Assembly: GCA_051439505.1 (NCBI GenBank)
Contig: JBFRWI010000011.1
Location: 1-24,012 of the forward strand
From: Hormoscilla sp.
Lineage (GTDB): Bacteria > Cyanobacteriota > Cyanobacteriia > Cyanobacteriales > Desertifilaceae
Direction of reading: 5' to 3'
Length of the DNA: 24,012 bases
The notes beneath the pieces are model-generated. The model ran no database searches. It was not told the DNA's origin and saw only the letters and a program-made list of their open reading frames with translations. A program made the position numbers and the translations under genes. Positions 1-8,140 of this stretch are shown in pieces. Numbering within the stretch: position 1 is the first letter of the stretch; each line of letters begins with the position of its first letter.

Positions 1-155
1 ACATCTCCCCGAATCATCACCGTAAATCGCGCACTCCCTGCTCTGATATAACCTACCAGGGTCACCCTACCTGCTTTGACCATCGCATCGGCAGCTGCGA
101 GAACCCCAGGAAATCCCTTTGTTTCGAGCGCCCCAACCGCTTGTTGTGCCACCAT
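1..155 (-). CDS. ccmK4: Carboxysome shell hexamer protein CcmK4 (5' part; runs off the window edge)
   Basis: Not in the ORF track. The reverse complement from ATG at 155 reads [51 protein letters not shown], a BMC motif with the CcmK4-type [10 protein letters not shown] pore loop. GAGGAG RBS upstream; lies directly downstream of ccmK3. Confidence 0.9.
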   Translation of the reverse strand, partial: MVAQQAVGALETKGFPGVLAAADAMVKAGRVTLVGYIRAGSARFTVMIRGD

Positions 156-242
156 TGTCAAACTCCTCTAAATTCTGTATTTTCGAGCGGTCCACAAAGT
201 ATAGCTAATTGCTATATTCTTACTGTTAAGCAGAGTAACTTT

Positions 243-548
243 TTATCTAAACGGTTCGCTCGCTTCCGTGTAGTCGATGGGCAGAACCGCTACTACATTC
301 TCTGGCGGGTTGGGAACGATGTAATGCATGAGTATTGTCGCGCCGTAGGTGTTGTTAACTGCCTCGACACCCGCATCCACAGCTACTTTCACCTCAGAAA
401 CTTGTCCTCGAATCGCCACCACAAACTGACTGCTTTCCGCCTTATCAAAATAGACCAGGGTGACTCGCGCTGCTTTGACCATCGCGTCAGCAGCAGCTAG
501 CACACCTGGAAAACCGAGAGCTTGAATTACTCCCACTGCAACTGGCAT
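243..548 (-). CDS. ccmK3: Carboxysome shell hexamer protein CcmK3
   Basis: 101-aa BMC domain ([24 protein letters not shown]...FDKAES...RGQVSEV), paired with ccmK4 as in beta-cyanobacteria. Confidence 0.88.
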   Translation of the reverse strand: MPVAVGVIQALGFPGVLAAADAMVKAARVTLVYFDKAESSQFVVAIRGQVSEVKVAVDAGVEAVNNTYGATILMHYIVPNPPENVVAVLPIDYTEASEPFR

Positions 549-632
549 CTCTCGTTTACCTCAAAGAAATCTTCCTTATTGTATCGTCAACAACACCACA
601 TCAGGCAATATCCTGGCATTGACTCACGCCAC

Positions 633-1151
633 CTAAAGTGAAGCTTCCAGAGACTTGAGTAATTCGGTATTCACCCCCGACTCGCGAGTCAGAGCAATTT
701 TGCCAGTGCGGGCGATTTCCCGAATCCCGAACTTTTGCAGCAGCTGGACGATCGCCACCATTTTACCCGGATCGCCCACCACTTCCAGAGTCAGGGACTC
801 ATCAGCCACATCTACCACGCGAGCGCGAAAAATCTGGGCCAATTCGATCACTTCTGAGCGAGTGCTACTGGTGGCCTTCACCTTCATCAGCATTAATTCC
901 CGCTCCACACAGGGACTTTCCGTGATATCCTGGACCTTGAGCACGTTAATCTGCTTGTATAGCTGCTTAATCAACTGCTCAATTATCCGGTCATCTCCGG
1001 GCACCACCATGGTAATCCGCGATACTCCCAGCTGCTCGGCATGGCCCACCGCCAGACTTTCAATATTGAAGCCGCGACGGGCGAATAGACCGGCAATTCT
1101 GGTGAGTACCCCCGCCACATCTTCCACTAGCACAGATATAGTATGTTTCAT
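633..1151 (-). CDS. ilvN: Acetolactate synthase small (regulatory) subunit
   Basis: [38 protein letters not shown] domain; C-terminal [11 protein letters not shown]. Confidence 0.96.
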   Translation of the reverse strand: MKHTISVLVEDVAGVLTRIAGLFARRGFNIESLAVGHAEQLGVSRITMVVPGDDRIIEQLIKQLYKQINVLKVQDITESPCVERELMLMKVKATSSTRSEVIELAQIFRARVVDVADESLTLEVVGDPGKMVAIVQLLQKFGIREIARTGKIALTRESGVNTELLKSLEASL

Positions 1152-1183
1152 ATGTCATTTATCAGCTGTTCGTTGTTTATTAC

Positions 1184-1220
1184 CTACCGCTCCGCCGGCC
1201 AGTTGCGGGCGGAGCGGTAG
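1184..1220. promoter_or_regulatory. 13-bp perfect GC-rich inverted repeat upstream of ilvN
   Basis: CTACCGCTCCGCC (1184-1196) / GGCGGAGCGGTAG (1208-1220). A minus-strand TATAAT at 1247-1242 would place it in the ilvN 5' UTR. Confidence 0.55.
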
Positions 1221-1610
1221 TTTCACTTTGTCTAGCCCTCTATTATATAGATCCTAGACTCGATCGGAAAAGATTAAGTATTGTTAATTTTTTGCCTCGA
1301 AGCAAATAGTCCACGTTATAATGAGAAAGCTAGTAATATATGGAGCAAATGATACCTGCACTTTCATGAAAATATTGCTCTCCCATACAGATATGGCAGT
1401 AAAATAAAGGTCACCAAACTCACACCAGACCAGGGGAGCCTGTCAAGTTGGACAATAAGTATTTTTGCTCAATGACCGAATTGCCGGTTAAAGGGTATAT
1501 TTAAGACGGACAGCTGAGAAGAGACAAGGTATTTGCAAAACTAGCAGGCTCCGGAGGCCAGTAACCAAGATCGCAGTTGAAGTAAAACTAGATAAGGAGT
1601 CGAAAGGATT

Positions 1611-1979
1611 ATGGGTTGGTTAAAAAGAATGTTTGGCCTCGAAAAACCCGAGGAAACTGAGGAAGAAGCGGTAGCAGAAATCCAAGAGGCCGCAGCAGCA
1701 GCTCAAGAGGCCGCAGGAGTGGAGGAGATCCCCCCAGAGCGAGTAGGGTTGTTCGGAGAATACGATCAGAGTGGCCTGGCTAAGCGAGTGGTGGCGGCAT
1801 TCGATGACGACGATGAACTGGATGATGAGGAACGGCTGTGGGTGGCTCAGACCGGCGGCAAGGTAGTGTTGAAAGGAGAAGTTTCCAGCCAAGACATTCT
1901 TGACAAAATGGTTGACGTAGCGATGGGAGTGGATGGATCCACAGAGGTGGACACAGAGCAAGTTACCGTCCTAGGCTAG
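1611..1979 (+). CDS. BON-domain (OsmY-like, phospholipid-binding) protein
   Basis: MGWLKRMFG amphipathic N-terminus, acidic linker, GEYDQSGLAKRV...LWVAQTGGKVVLKGEV...V.G...V BON-type pattern; AAGGAG/AAGGA upstream. Confidence 0.85.
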   Translation: MGWLKRMFGLEKPEETEEEAVAEIQEAAAAAQEAAGVEEIPPERVGLFGEYDQSGLAKRVVAAFDDDDELDDEERLWVAQTGGKVVLKGEVSSQDILDKMVDVAMGVDGSTEVDTEQVTVLG

Positions 1980-2006
1980 AAAGATGGGATAGATAGGTAA
2001 ATATAC

Positions 2007-2039
2007 TCAACTCTCTGCTGTGCGCCAGTAGAGAGTTGA
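2007..2039 (+). terminator. Stem-loop downstream of the BON gene
   Basis: TCAACTCTCTGCTG-TGCGC-CAGTAGAGAGTTGA, a 14-bp stem with one G-U pair; no clear U-tract. Confidence 0.55.
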
Positions 2040-2077
2040 TGAAAACACATGCAATTATGACGCTAGCAGCCAGAAAG

Positions 2078-2105
2078 TTGACGCTCTGTTGGATGTGGAT
2101 ATGCT
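2078..2105 (+). promoter_or_regulatory. Putative sigma70-type promoter for infC
   Basis: TTGACG (2078-2083), 16-nt spacer, TATGCT (2100-2105). Confidence 0.45.
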
Positions 2106-2294
2106 AGAAATAAAGAGAAGCAGCAGCCACCACCCCTTGCGGAGAGCGTCTCGGTTGCGCGCGAGACGATGTAGATGTATGGGGACAGTAGAGCCGGTGC
2201 AGCAGCAAACGAAAGACCAAAAAATACCTGACTCCAAAAAGAAAAATTAACTTCGCGTTTTGTAGCGCTATTATAAGTTTCACCTTTAACGCCT

Positions 2295-2822
2295 GTGATA
2301 GAGAAAAGAAAAACTCGCGATCTCCCCCAAATAAACGAACGGATTAGATTTCCCAAGATTAGGGTCATAGATGCCGATGGGGCTCAATTAGGGGTGATGA
2401 CCCCAAGGGAAGCATTGCAAATGGCAGAGCAAAAGGAGCTGGATCTGGTTCTAGTCAGCGACAAGGCAGATCCGCCAGTTTGCAGGATAATGGACTACGG
2501 CAAATACAAGTTCGAACAAGAGAAAAAAGCCAGGGAAGCAAAGAAAAAACAGCATCAGGCTGATGTAAAGGAAGTGAAAATGCGTTACAAGATAGACGAA
2601 CATGACTATCAGGTGCGCGTAAATAATGCCAAGCGCTTTCTAAAAGCAGGAGATAAGGTAAAAGCAACGATAACCTTCCGAGGTAGGGAAATACAGCATA
2701 GTAACCTGGCAGAAGAATTGCTCAAGCGGATGGCAACGGACTTGGAAGAAGTGGCAGAAGTGCAACAGGCGCCGAAAAAAGAAGGTCGGAATATGATGAT
2801 GATGCTTTCTCCAAAAAAATAA
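2295..2822 (+). CDS. infC: Translation initiation factor IF-3 (GTG at 2295; true start possibly ACG at 2289)
   Basis: [14 protein letters not shown]...[24 protein letters not shown]...[14 protein letters not shown]...GDKVK.TI.FRGRE signature. Confidence 0.97.
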   Translation: MIEKRKTRDLPQINERIRFPKIRVIDADGAQLGVMTPREALQMAEQKELDLVLVSDKADPPVCRIMDYGKYKFEQEKKAREAKKKQHQADVKEVKMRYKIDEHDYQVRVNNAKRFLKAGDKVKATITFRGREIQHSNLAEELLKRMATDLEEVAEVQQAPKKEGRNMMMMLSPKK

Positions 2823-2894
2823 GAGGAAGGGCTGATTGTTGATTGTGAAGTTTAAGTGTATGGAAAAATCAAGCAATTAGCAATGAGGAAGTTG

Positions 2895-2936
2895 TGTAAC
2901 TTGACACGATCGATGCATCGATCGTGTTCAGTTACA
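2895..2936. repeat. 42-nt near-perfect palindrome
   Basis: TGTAACT-tg-ACACGATCGATGCATCGATCGTGT-tc-AGTTACA; the central 24 nt (2904-2927) are a perfect palindrome. Confidence 0.85.
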
Positions 2937-2946
2937 AGAGAAGGAG

Positions 2947-5900
2947 ATGATGGAAATAAAGCATCAGGATTCGGGATTGAGCAAATCAACAAAGGGATTA
3001 TTGCAGCTACTAAATCTCCGACCAGAGGAAAGTGGGCGGACGTTGCTGATGCTGGCGTTCTACACGGCAACCTGTGTAGGACTGAGTTGGTCGGAAGCAA
3101 GTACGGCAGCATTATTCCTGGGTAGGTATGGAGCAGAATCATTGCCCTGGATATATATAGCCAGTGCGGTGATGGGTTCTATATTGGGTGTTTTGTACTC
3201 ATGGCTGGAAAAATGGTTGCCCCTGCGGCGTCTCATAGTAGCGATCGCCCTGTTGATGGCAATACCATTATTCGGGTTGCGCTTCGGGTTAGATATAATC
3301 TACGTGGCAAGCTTAACGGTATTTATGCTGCGGTTGTGGGTAGAAGCATGTCACGTACTGAACGAACTGAATACTTCAATCACGGCAAATCAACTGTTCA
3401 ATATCAGGGAAATAAAGCGCACCTACCCGCTGGTAAGCAGTGGGATCCTGATGGCAGATGTGATCAGCGGTTTCTCCCTGCCGCTGCTCCTAATAGTATT
3501 TAAGCTAAACAATGTAATTTTGGTAGCGAGCGTGATGATGTCCCTGGGAGCAGGGATATTGTTTTATATCACGGTCAGCTACCAGCAATTCTTTCCGGAA
3601 TCAGCCCAGGGGACCACCGAAGATGAAAATCAAGAATATACGCAAGGGCGATTAGCAGGTCCGATAAGACAGTACGTTATCCCCCTGATCCTAGTATTCG
3701 TATTCGCCCAAGCAATATTACAGGTCGTAGAGTTTCAGTTCTTGGGACAACTAGAAATAAAGTTGAGCAGCGAAGAAATAGCAGGCTTTTTAGGACTGTT
3801 TAGCGGGATATTGGGAATAGCAGAGTTAGCAGTGCAATGGTTTATATCATCAAGGGCGATCGAGAAGTTGGGGGTATTCGTGGCAGCATCGCTGCTGCCA
3901 GGTTTGATCGGCCTGGGCGGGATAATATTCATGGGCGGTATAGTAGACCTGTACTGGGGCGCGATCGCGATGAAATTCATCGACGATCTGCTGCGCTACA
4001 CCCTGGTGGCGGGGACGGGACCAACGCTGTTCCAACCAATACCTGAGAGTGGACGGAACAGGGCCCAGGCAATCCGTGGGATCGCCGAACCAATCTCCAC
4101 AGGGTTAACGGGACTGGGAATGTTAGCAACAATTTGGGTGTGTGAGTGGGCTCAAGTAGAACGGGTAGTACAAGACAAAATATTTTTACTAGAAGCGGTA
4201 ATCCTAGCTTTAGGATGGCTGGTGGCGATCGGGGCCCTGCGATCGGGATACGTGAAATTATTGGTAACGAGTGCCGAAAAAGGACGCTTGGGAGTATCGG
4301 ATGTAGACTTACGGGCCCTAAAACGGAAAGTAGCGGAAACTTTGCAGCAGCCAGGAGCAGATGAAGATAAAAGTTCCTGTATAGAATTGCTCAGCCAGCT
4401 GGACCCGGAAAATCTGAATGAGGTATTGATCCCGTTGCTGCCTTCGATGTCACCAGCATTGCAGCGCCAGAGTCTGGAAGTGTTGCTAGAACATCCCAAG
4501 GAGGCAGATCTAGACAAAGTGCGGATGCTGACGAGTCAAGCGCTACAACCGGAAGTATTGGCAGTAGCCCTACGCTACATATGGCTGACGGAACCAGATC
4601 CAGATATTCGCCAGTTGCGACCATACTTGCAGCCGGAAGTAGATCCGATCGTGCGAGCGACAGCTGCTTCATTAATGCTCCGCCGTGGCTCCCCTCGCCA
4701 GAAAGCAGAGGCAACCAATACTCTACGGCGGATGGTAACGTCGCCCCAAGAGCGGGAAAGAGTGATGGGTTGTCGGGCCTTGGGAGAAGCAGTATATATG
4801 CAGGCCCTGCGGCTTTATATCCCCAACCTATTGGCAGATGAATCTTTGCGGGTGCGCTGTGCTTTGCTAGAGGCGATCGCGGCAACCCATTTGGAGGAAT
4901 ATTATCCTTCTCTGTTGCGGGGCCTGACTTACCAATCCACCAGGGAAGCGGCCTTACGTGCCCTGGTGCGTTTAGAAAATGAAGCGATACCATTGCTGGT
5001 GGATTTAGCCACTGACATCCACAAACCGGATCTGGTGCGGCAGTATGCCTGGACTGGCATTGGTAGGATAGATACGCCCGAAGCCTTGCAGGTATTGGCC
5101 CATAATCTGATGACCTCTTGGGGCACGACGCGCCGCAATATTGGACGCATATTGCTGAAAATGCCCTCTGAGCGGGGTATTGAGGGAGTTTTAGAGCAGC
5201 TGGGTAGAGCGGGCATAGAACTGTTAATCGACCAAGAATTGATGTTCTTGGGGCAGATTTACGCGGCGATGGTGGATATGAGACCGGAGTTGGTGCAGGG
5301 TCGAGAAGCGGATTTATTGCGTCGGGCCCTGAAGGATTTGCAAGGGGATGCGATCGACCGGTGTTTCTTGTTGATGAAATTTCTGTACCCCATCAACAGC
5401 GTACAAGCAGCGGCGTTTAATTTGCAGTCGGCTTCCATCATGAATAGGGCGCGGGGGTTGGAAATATTGGACAATACGCTGGATATCAAGAGTAAAAACG
5501 CGGTGCTGACGGTGCTCGATCAATATAGCGACCTGGAAAAGCTGGAGGGTTTGAGCACTCTAGTATACTATCAACCCCAGGGTCCGAGCGCTCGGCTGCG
5601 CCATCTATTAGAATTACGTCATTTCTTGTCTGATTGGCCTTTGGCTTGTTGTTTTCATTGCGCCAGGATGGCCCGCTGGAGCCTGACAGCCGAGCAGACC
5701 TTGACCTGTTTGCGTCATCCCACGGGTTTTGTGCGGGAAGCGGTGTTGGCCTATCTGAAAGTTGCTAGTCCTCGCTCACTGGTGGATTTGTTGCCAATGA
5801 TGAAAAATGACTCCAATAGCCTGGTGCGTACACAAGTTTCACAGATGATGCAGGAGTTGGGTGTTGCTGGAGTTCCTGACCAAAGCAATACCGCCGCAGC

Positions 5901-5958
5901 ATCAACCACCGATAGTTTTGCTAATTCCCCTGAGATCCCAGGATTCGATCCTATTTGA
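2947..5958 (+). CDS. NTT/TLC (ATP/ADP translocase)-like MFS transporter fused to HEAT repeats
   Basis: The first ~435 aa hold about 12 hydrophobic segments, including LFNIREIKRTYPL (resembles the NTT E.KR.YPL motif). The rest is helical HEAT-like repeats (LLADESLRVRCALLEAI, LRHPTGFVREAVL, KNDSNSLVR). Confidence 0.8.
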   Translation: MMEIKHQDSGLSKSTKGLLQLLNLRPEESGRTLLMLAFYTATCVGLSWSEASTAALFLGRYGAESLPWIYIASAVMGSILGVLYSWLEKWLPLRRLIVAIALLMAIPLFGLRFGLDIIYVASLTVFMLRLWVEACHVLNELNTSITANQLFNIREIKRTYPLVSSGILMADVISGFSLPLLLIVFKLNNVILVASVMMSLGAGILFYITVSYQQFFPESAQGTTEDENQEYTQGRLAGPIRQYVIPLILVFVFAQAILQVVEFQFLGQLEIKLSSEEIAGFLGLFSGILGIAELAVQWFISSRAIEKLGVFVAASLLPGLIGLGGIIFMGGIVDLYWGAIAMKFIDDLLRYTLVAGTGPTLFQPIPESGRNRAQAIRGIAEPISTGLTGLGMLATIWVCEWAQVERVVQDKIFLLEAVILALGWLVAIGALRSGYVKLLVTSAEKGRLGVSDVDLRALKRKVAETLQQPGADEDKSSCIELLSQLDPENLNEVLIPLLPSMSPALQRQSLEVLLEHPKEADLDKVRMLTSQALQPEVLAVALRYIWLTEPDPDIRQLRPYLQPEVDPIVRATAASLMLRRGSPRQKAEATNTLRRMVTSPQERERVMGCRALGEAVYMQALRLYIPNLLADESLRVRCALLEAIAATHLEEYYPSLLRGLTYQSTREAALRALVRLENEAIPLLVDLATDIHKPDLVRQYAWTGIGRIDTPEALQVLAHNLMTSWGTTRRNIGRILLKMPSERGIEGVLEQLGRAGIELLIDQELMFLGQIYAAMVDMRPELVQGREADLLRRALKDLQGDAIDRCFLLMKFLYPINSVQAAAFNLQSASIMNRARGLEILDNTLDIKSKNAVLTVLDQYSDLEKLEGLSTLVYYQPQGPSARLRHLLELRHFLSDWPLACCFHCARMARWSLTAEQTLTCLRHPTGFVREAVLAYLKVASPRSLVDLLPMMKNDSNSLVRTQVSQMMQELGVAGVPDQSNTAAASTTDSFANSPEIPGFDPI

Positions 5959-6043
5959 GCGGAATGTTGTAGCGCCCTCTTGCCCATGGCTGCGCCACGC
6001 TGCGCGAACGGCGATACAATGTAACTTATGCGCTAACCGCTTA
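5956..6043. repeat. Structured intergenic element (nested inverted repeats)
   Basis: TGAGCGG (5956-5962) / CCGCTTA (6037-6043) enclose TTGTAGCGCC (5967-5976) / GGCGATACAA (6010-6019); the loop carries GGCTGCGCCACGCTGCGCGAAC. Confidence 0.45.
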
Positions 6044-6104
6044 GATGGGTAGATTTGACCATTTAAGAGGGAACTATGATATTATCAGATAAAAGTTAAG
6101 GTAC

Positions 6105-6554
6105 ATGCTTACCAGTGTTGACCGCCTTCTGTTCGTCCGGGGAGTGCCCATCTTTAAGGAGTTGCGGGACGATTTTCTCGTGCGCGTCGCTTCGATTATG
6201 GATGAGCTGTCTTTTCCGGCGAAGCATACTATTTTTACACAAGGGCAGGAAGGCCGTTCTCTCTATATTGTGGTAAAAGGTAGAGTCAGGGTGCATATAG
6301 GCGATCGGGATGTGGCGCAACTATCTGAGGGAGACCCTTTTGGCGAGATGTCCCTGTTTGATGCCGAACCTCGTTCGGCTTCGGTGACCACTATTGACAA
6401 GAGTGAATGTCTGATGCTAACTCAGCAGCAACTTTATGACGCGATCGATGAGACGCCAGGAATTGCCATAAATATCATTCGCATGTTGTCTCGTCGGACG
6501 CGGGAGTTGAATCAAAAGATTAATGCTCTTGAAGATAAGATTCACAGCCGGTAA
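6105..6554 (+). CDS. Stand-alone cyclic nucleotide-binding domain protein (no HTH)
   Basis: IFTQGQEGRSLYIVVKGRVRV...GDPFGEMSLFDAEPRSASV phosphate-binding cassette; ends after the C-helix with no DNA-binding domain. Confidence 0.92.
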   Translation: MLTSVDRLLFVRGVPIFKELRDDFLVRVASIMDELSFPAKHTIFTQGQEGRSLYIVVKGRVRVHIGDRDVAQLSEGDPFGEMSLFDAEPRSASVTTIDKSECLMLTQQQLYDAIDETPGIAINIIRMLSRRTRELNQKINALEDKIHSR

Positions 6555-6570
6555 TTTAATTAGTGAATTT

Positions 6571-6595
6571 TTGCGAATTGCGAATTGCGAATTGC
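6571..6595. repeat. Short tandem heptamer repeat (STRR-like), (TTGCGAA)3.5
   Basis: TTGCGAA TTGCGAA TTGCGAA TTGC between convergent genes. Confidence 0.75.
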
Positions 6596-6645
6596 TATTC
6601 ACAATTGGAATTGCTATATCAATCATACCATATCCATAACGGGTA

Positions 6646-7410
6646 TCACCGCAAACCCCGATCGCGCAACAACTGCTCCGCCCAAACTGCATCCGTTGCT
6701 GATAACGTTGGTACTGGATCTTTGCTGTAATTGAGGATATCATCGTAATATCCTTTATCATAGATCTCATCAATGACCGTCTTTAAATCCAGCACCGGTT
6801 CCCTATCTTCTGGGCGTAAAGGCAGAGGAAAACCAGGAATTGCCTCTCGAAGATTAAAAGCATATAAATCAGCTTGAGGTCGTCTTTTCTTGGGACTGAC
6901 TAAAATTCGATAATCACTTTTAATCCCATCCGGGATAATTTTCATCCTTCTCCCTTTCCGGAGTAAGTCTATTTCTACCAGATGAGTTGAACTATCTAAA
7001 ATTGTTTGCCGTTTATCTTCATATTGTTCCCGTCCTTTCCCAGCTTGTTTATTCACATAAGAGAGAAGTTCAATGGTTGTGATGACTTCTCCCGTTCCGA
7101 CTTGTTTCACTTCTAAGTATCCTTGCTTGATAGTTTCTAAAATCGGCACCTTCACCCTTATCGGAACCGCTACATCAGTCGGTTTGTTTGACCTCTGGGA
7201 TTTGGCGATCGCCAAATCATCATGAATACCAATTAACCTTGATGATAACAGACTTGTTTCATACATTTGCACTTCCACTGCCGCCACATACCGATCGCTT
7301 AATTGGCGATTAAGTGCATTGGCAATCTCAATAATTAGCCGATGATGAACCCCTGGCCACAACTCGGGATCTTCAAAATAAGGATTCATGCCTGGAAATG
7401 GTGAAGGCAT
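6646..7410 (-). CDS. DUF4058 family protein
   Basis: MPSPFPGMNPY.E.PELWPGVH..LI N-terminus, plus THLVEIDLLR.G and F.LR..IP.FPLPL motifs; AGGAGAG RBS. Confidence 0.88.
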   Translation of the reverse strand: MPSPFPGMNPYFEDPELWPGVHHRLIIEIANALNRQLSDRYVAAVEVQMYETSLLSSRLIGIHDDLAIAKSQRSNKPTDVAVPIRVKVPILETIKQGYLEVKQVGTGEVITTIELLSYVNKQAGKGREQYEDKRQTILDSSTHLVEIDLLRKGRRMKIIPDGIKSDYRILVSPKKRRPQADLYAFNLREAIPGFPLPLRPEDREPVLDLKTVIDEIYDKGYYDDILNYSKDPVPTLSATDAVWAEQLLRDRGLR

Positions 7411-7520
7411 AGTTTTCTCTCTCCTTTTCCTCTATTCCATCATGTTATAAGAAGTTGAACCAATCATCAACCTCCTTGATAGTTCAGACTCCCGAGAGCT
7501 TTTTGGGACAGTGAGTGGTA

Positions 7521-8045
7521 TCAGTGATGAATTTCCAGATCGAGGACGTAGCGACCCAGTTGCAACTTATCCGACCATAACTCGTATTCCAACCGCAAAT
7601 GTTCCGGTATGGGCTTGCCAGTCAGAGTCAGCGATCGGGTGAAATTACGCAGATGGAGCTGACCGATACCATTAAAAGCATCGTTCTGCAACCAATATCG
7701 CGATCGACCATACATCCGATCTTGCCACAGGTGGCGATAGCTAAAATTGCTATTGCCTTGTACGGTCATAATCACCCGGTAGGGAGAAATATCCAGCCAT
7801 AACATTTGGGATCTATCCTCCCTATGGGTCCTTTTGCGCTCCCAGCGCTCCGGGGAAACACCCACAGCAACTGCTGGTTGCCCCTGAGCAGGGGTGCTGG
7901 CGTGTACCGTCGGGAAGTTCAACAGCAGGTGGAAGCGAGAAAGCTCCTTTTGATAAAGGGTAGCTGATGTATCAACGGCAGACCGAACGGGTAAGTCAAG
8001 AGAAATTAGGGAAAGACTTACAGGGAAACGGTGATGGGTAAGCAT
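7521..8045 (-). CDS. Conserved cyanobacterial hypothetical protein
   Basis: 174-aa ORF divergent from aroA; MLTHHR.PV.LSL start and LEYELW...LG.Y.L.LEIHH end recalled from cyanobacterial hypotheticals. Confidence 0.7.
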   Translation of the reverse strand: MLTHHRFPVSLSLISLDLPVRSAVDTSATLYQKELSRFHLLLNFPTVHASTPAQGQPAVAVGVSPERWERKRTHREDRSQMLWLDISPYRVIMTVQGNSNFSYRHLWQDRMYGRSRYWLQNDAFNGIGQLHLRNFTRSLTLTGKPIPEHLRLEYELWSDKLQLGRYVLDLEIHH

Positions 8046-8140
8046 ATGCGATTATTACCTTTGCACTGAATACAAAAAAATCAACAGCAGACTTTTACGG
8101 GGTAGAATCATCCTAGGTCATACCACCTCAGTCTAGCTTT

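Noticed and set aside
141..1257. + strand ORFs 141..500 and 655..1257
   Set aside because: Antisense shadows of ccmK3 and ilvN with no recognisable motifs.
2055..2368. Minus-strand ORFs 2055..2237 and 2063..2368, or a tRNA in this spacer
   Set aside because: The Phe/Ser/Leu-rich translation reflects the purine-rich + strand; no cloverleaf or T-loop motif is present.
2895..2936. NtcA site from the GTAAC...GTTAC arms
   Set aside because: The spacing is far longer than GTA-N8-TAC.
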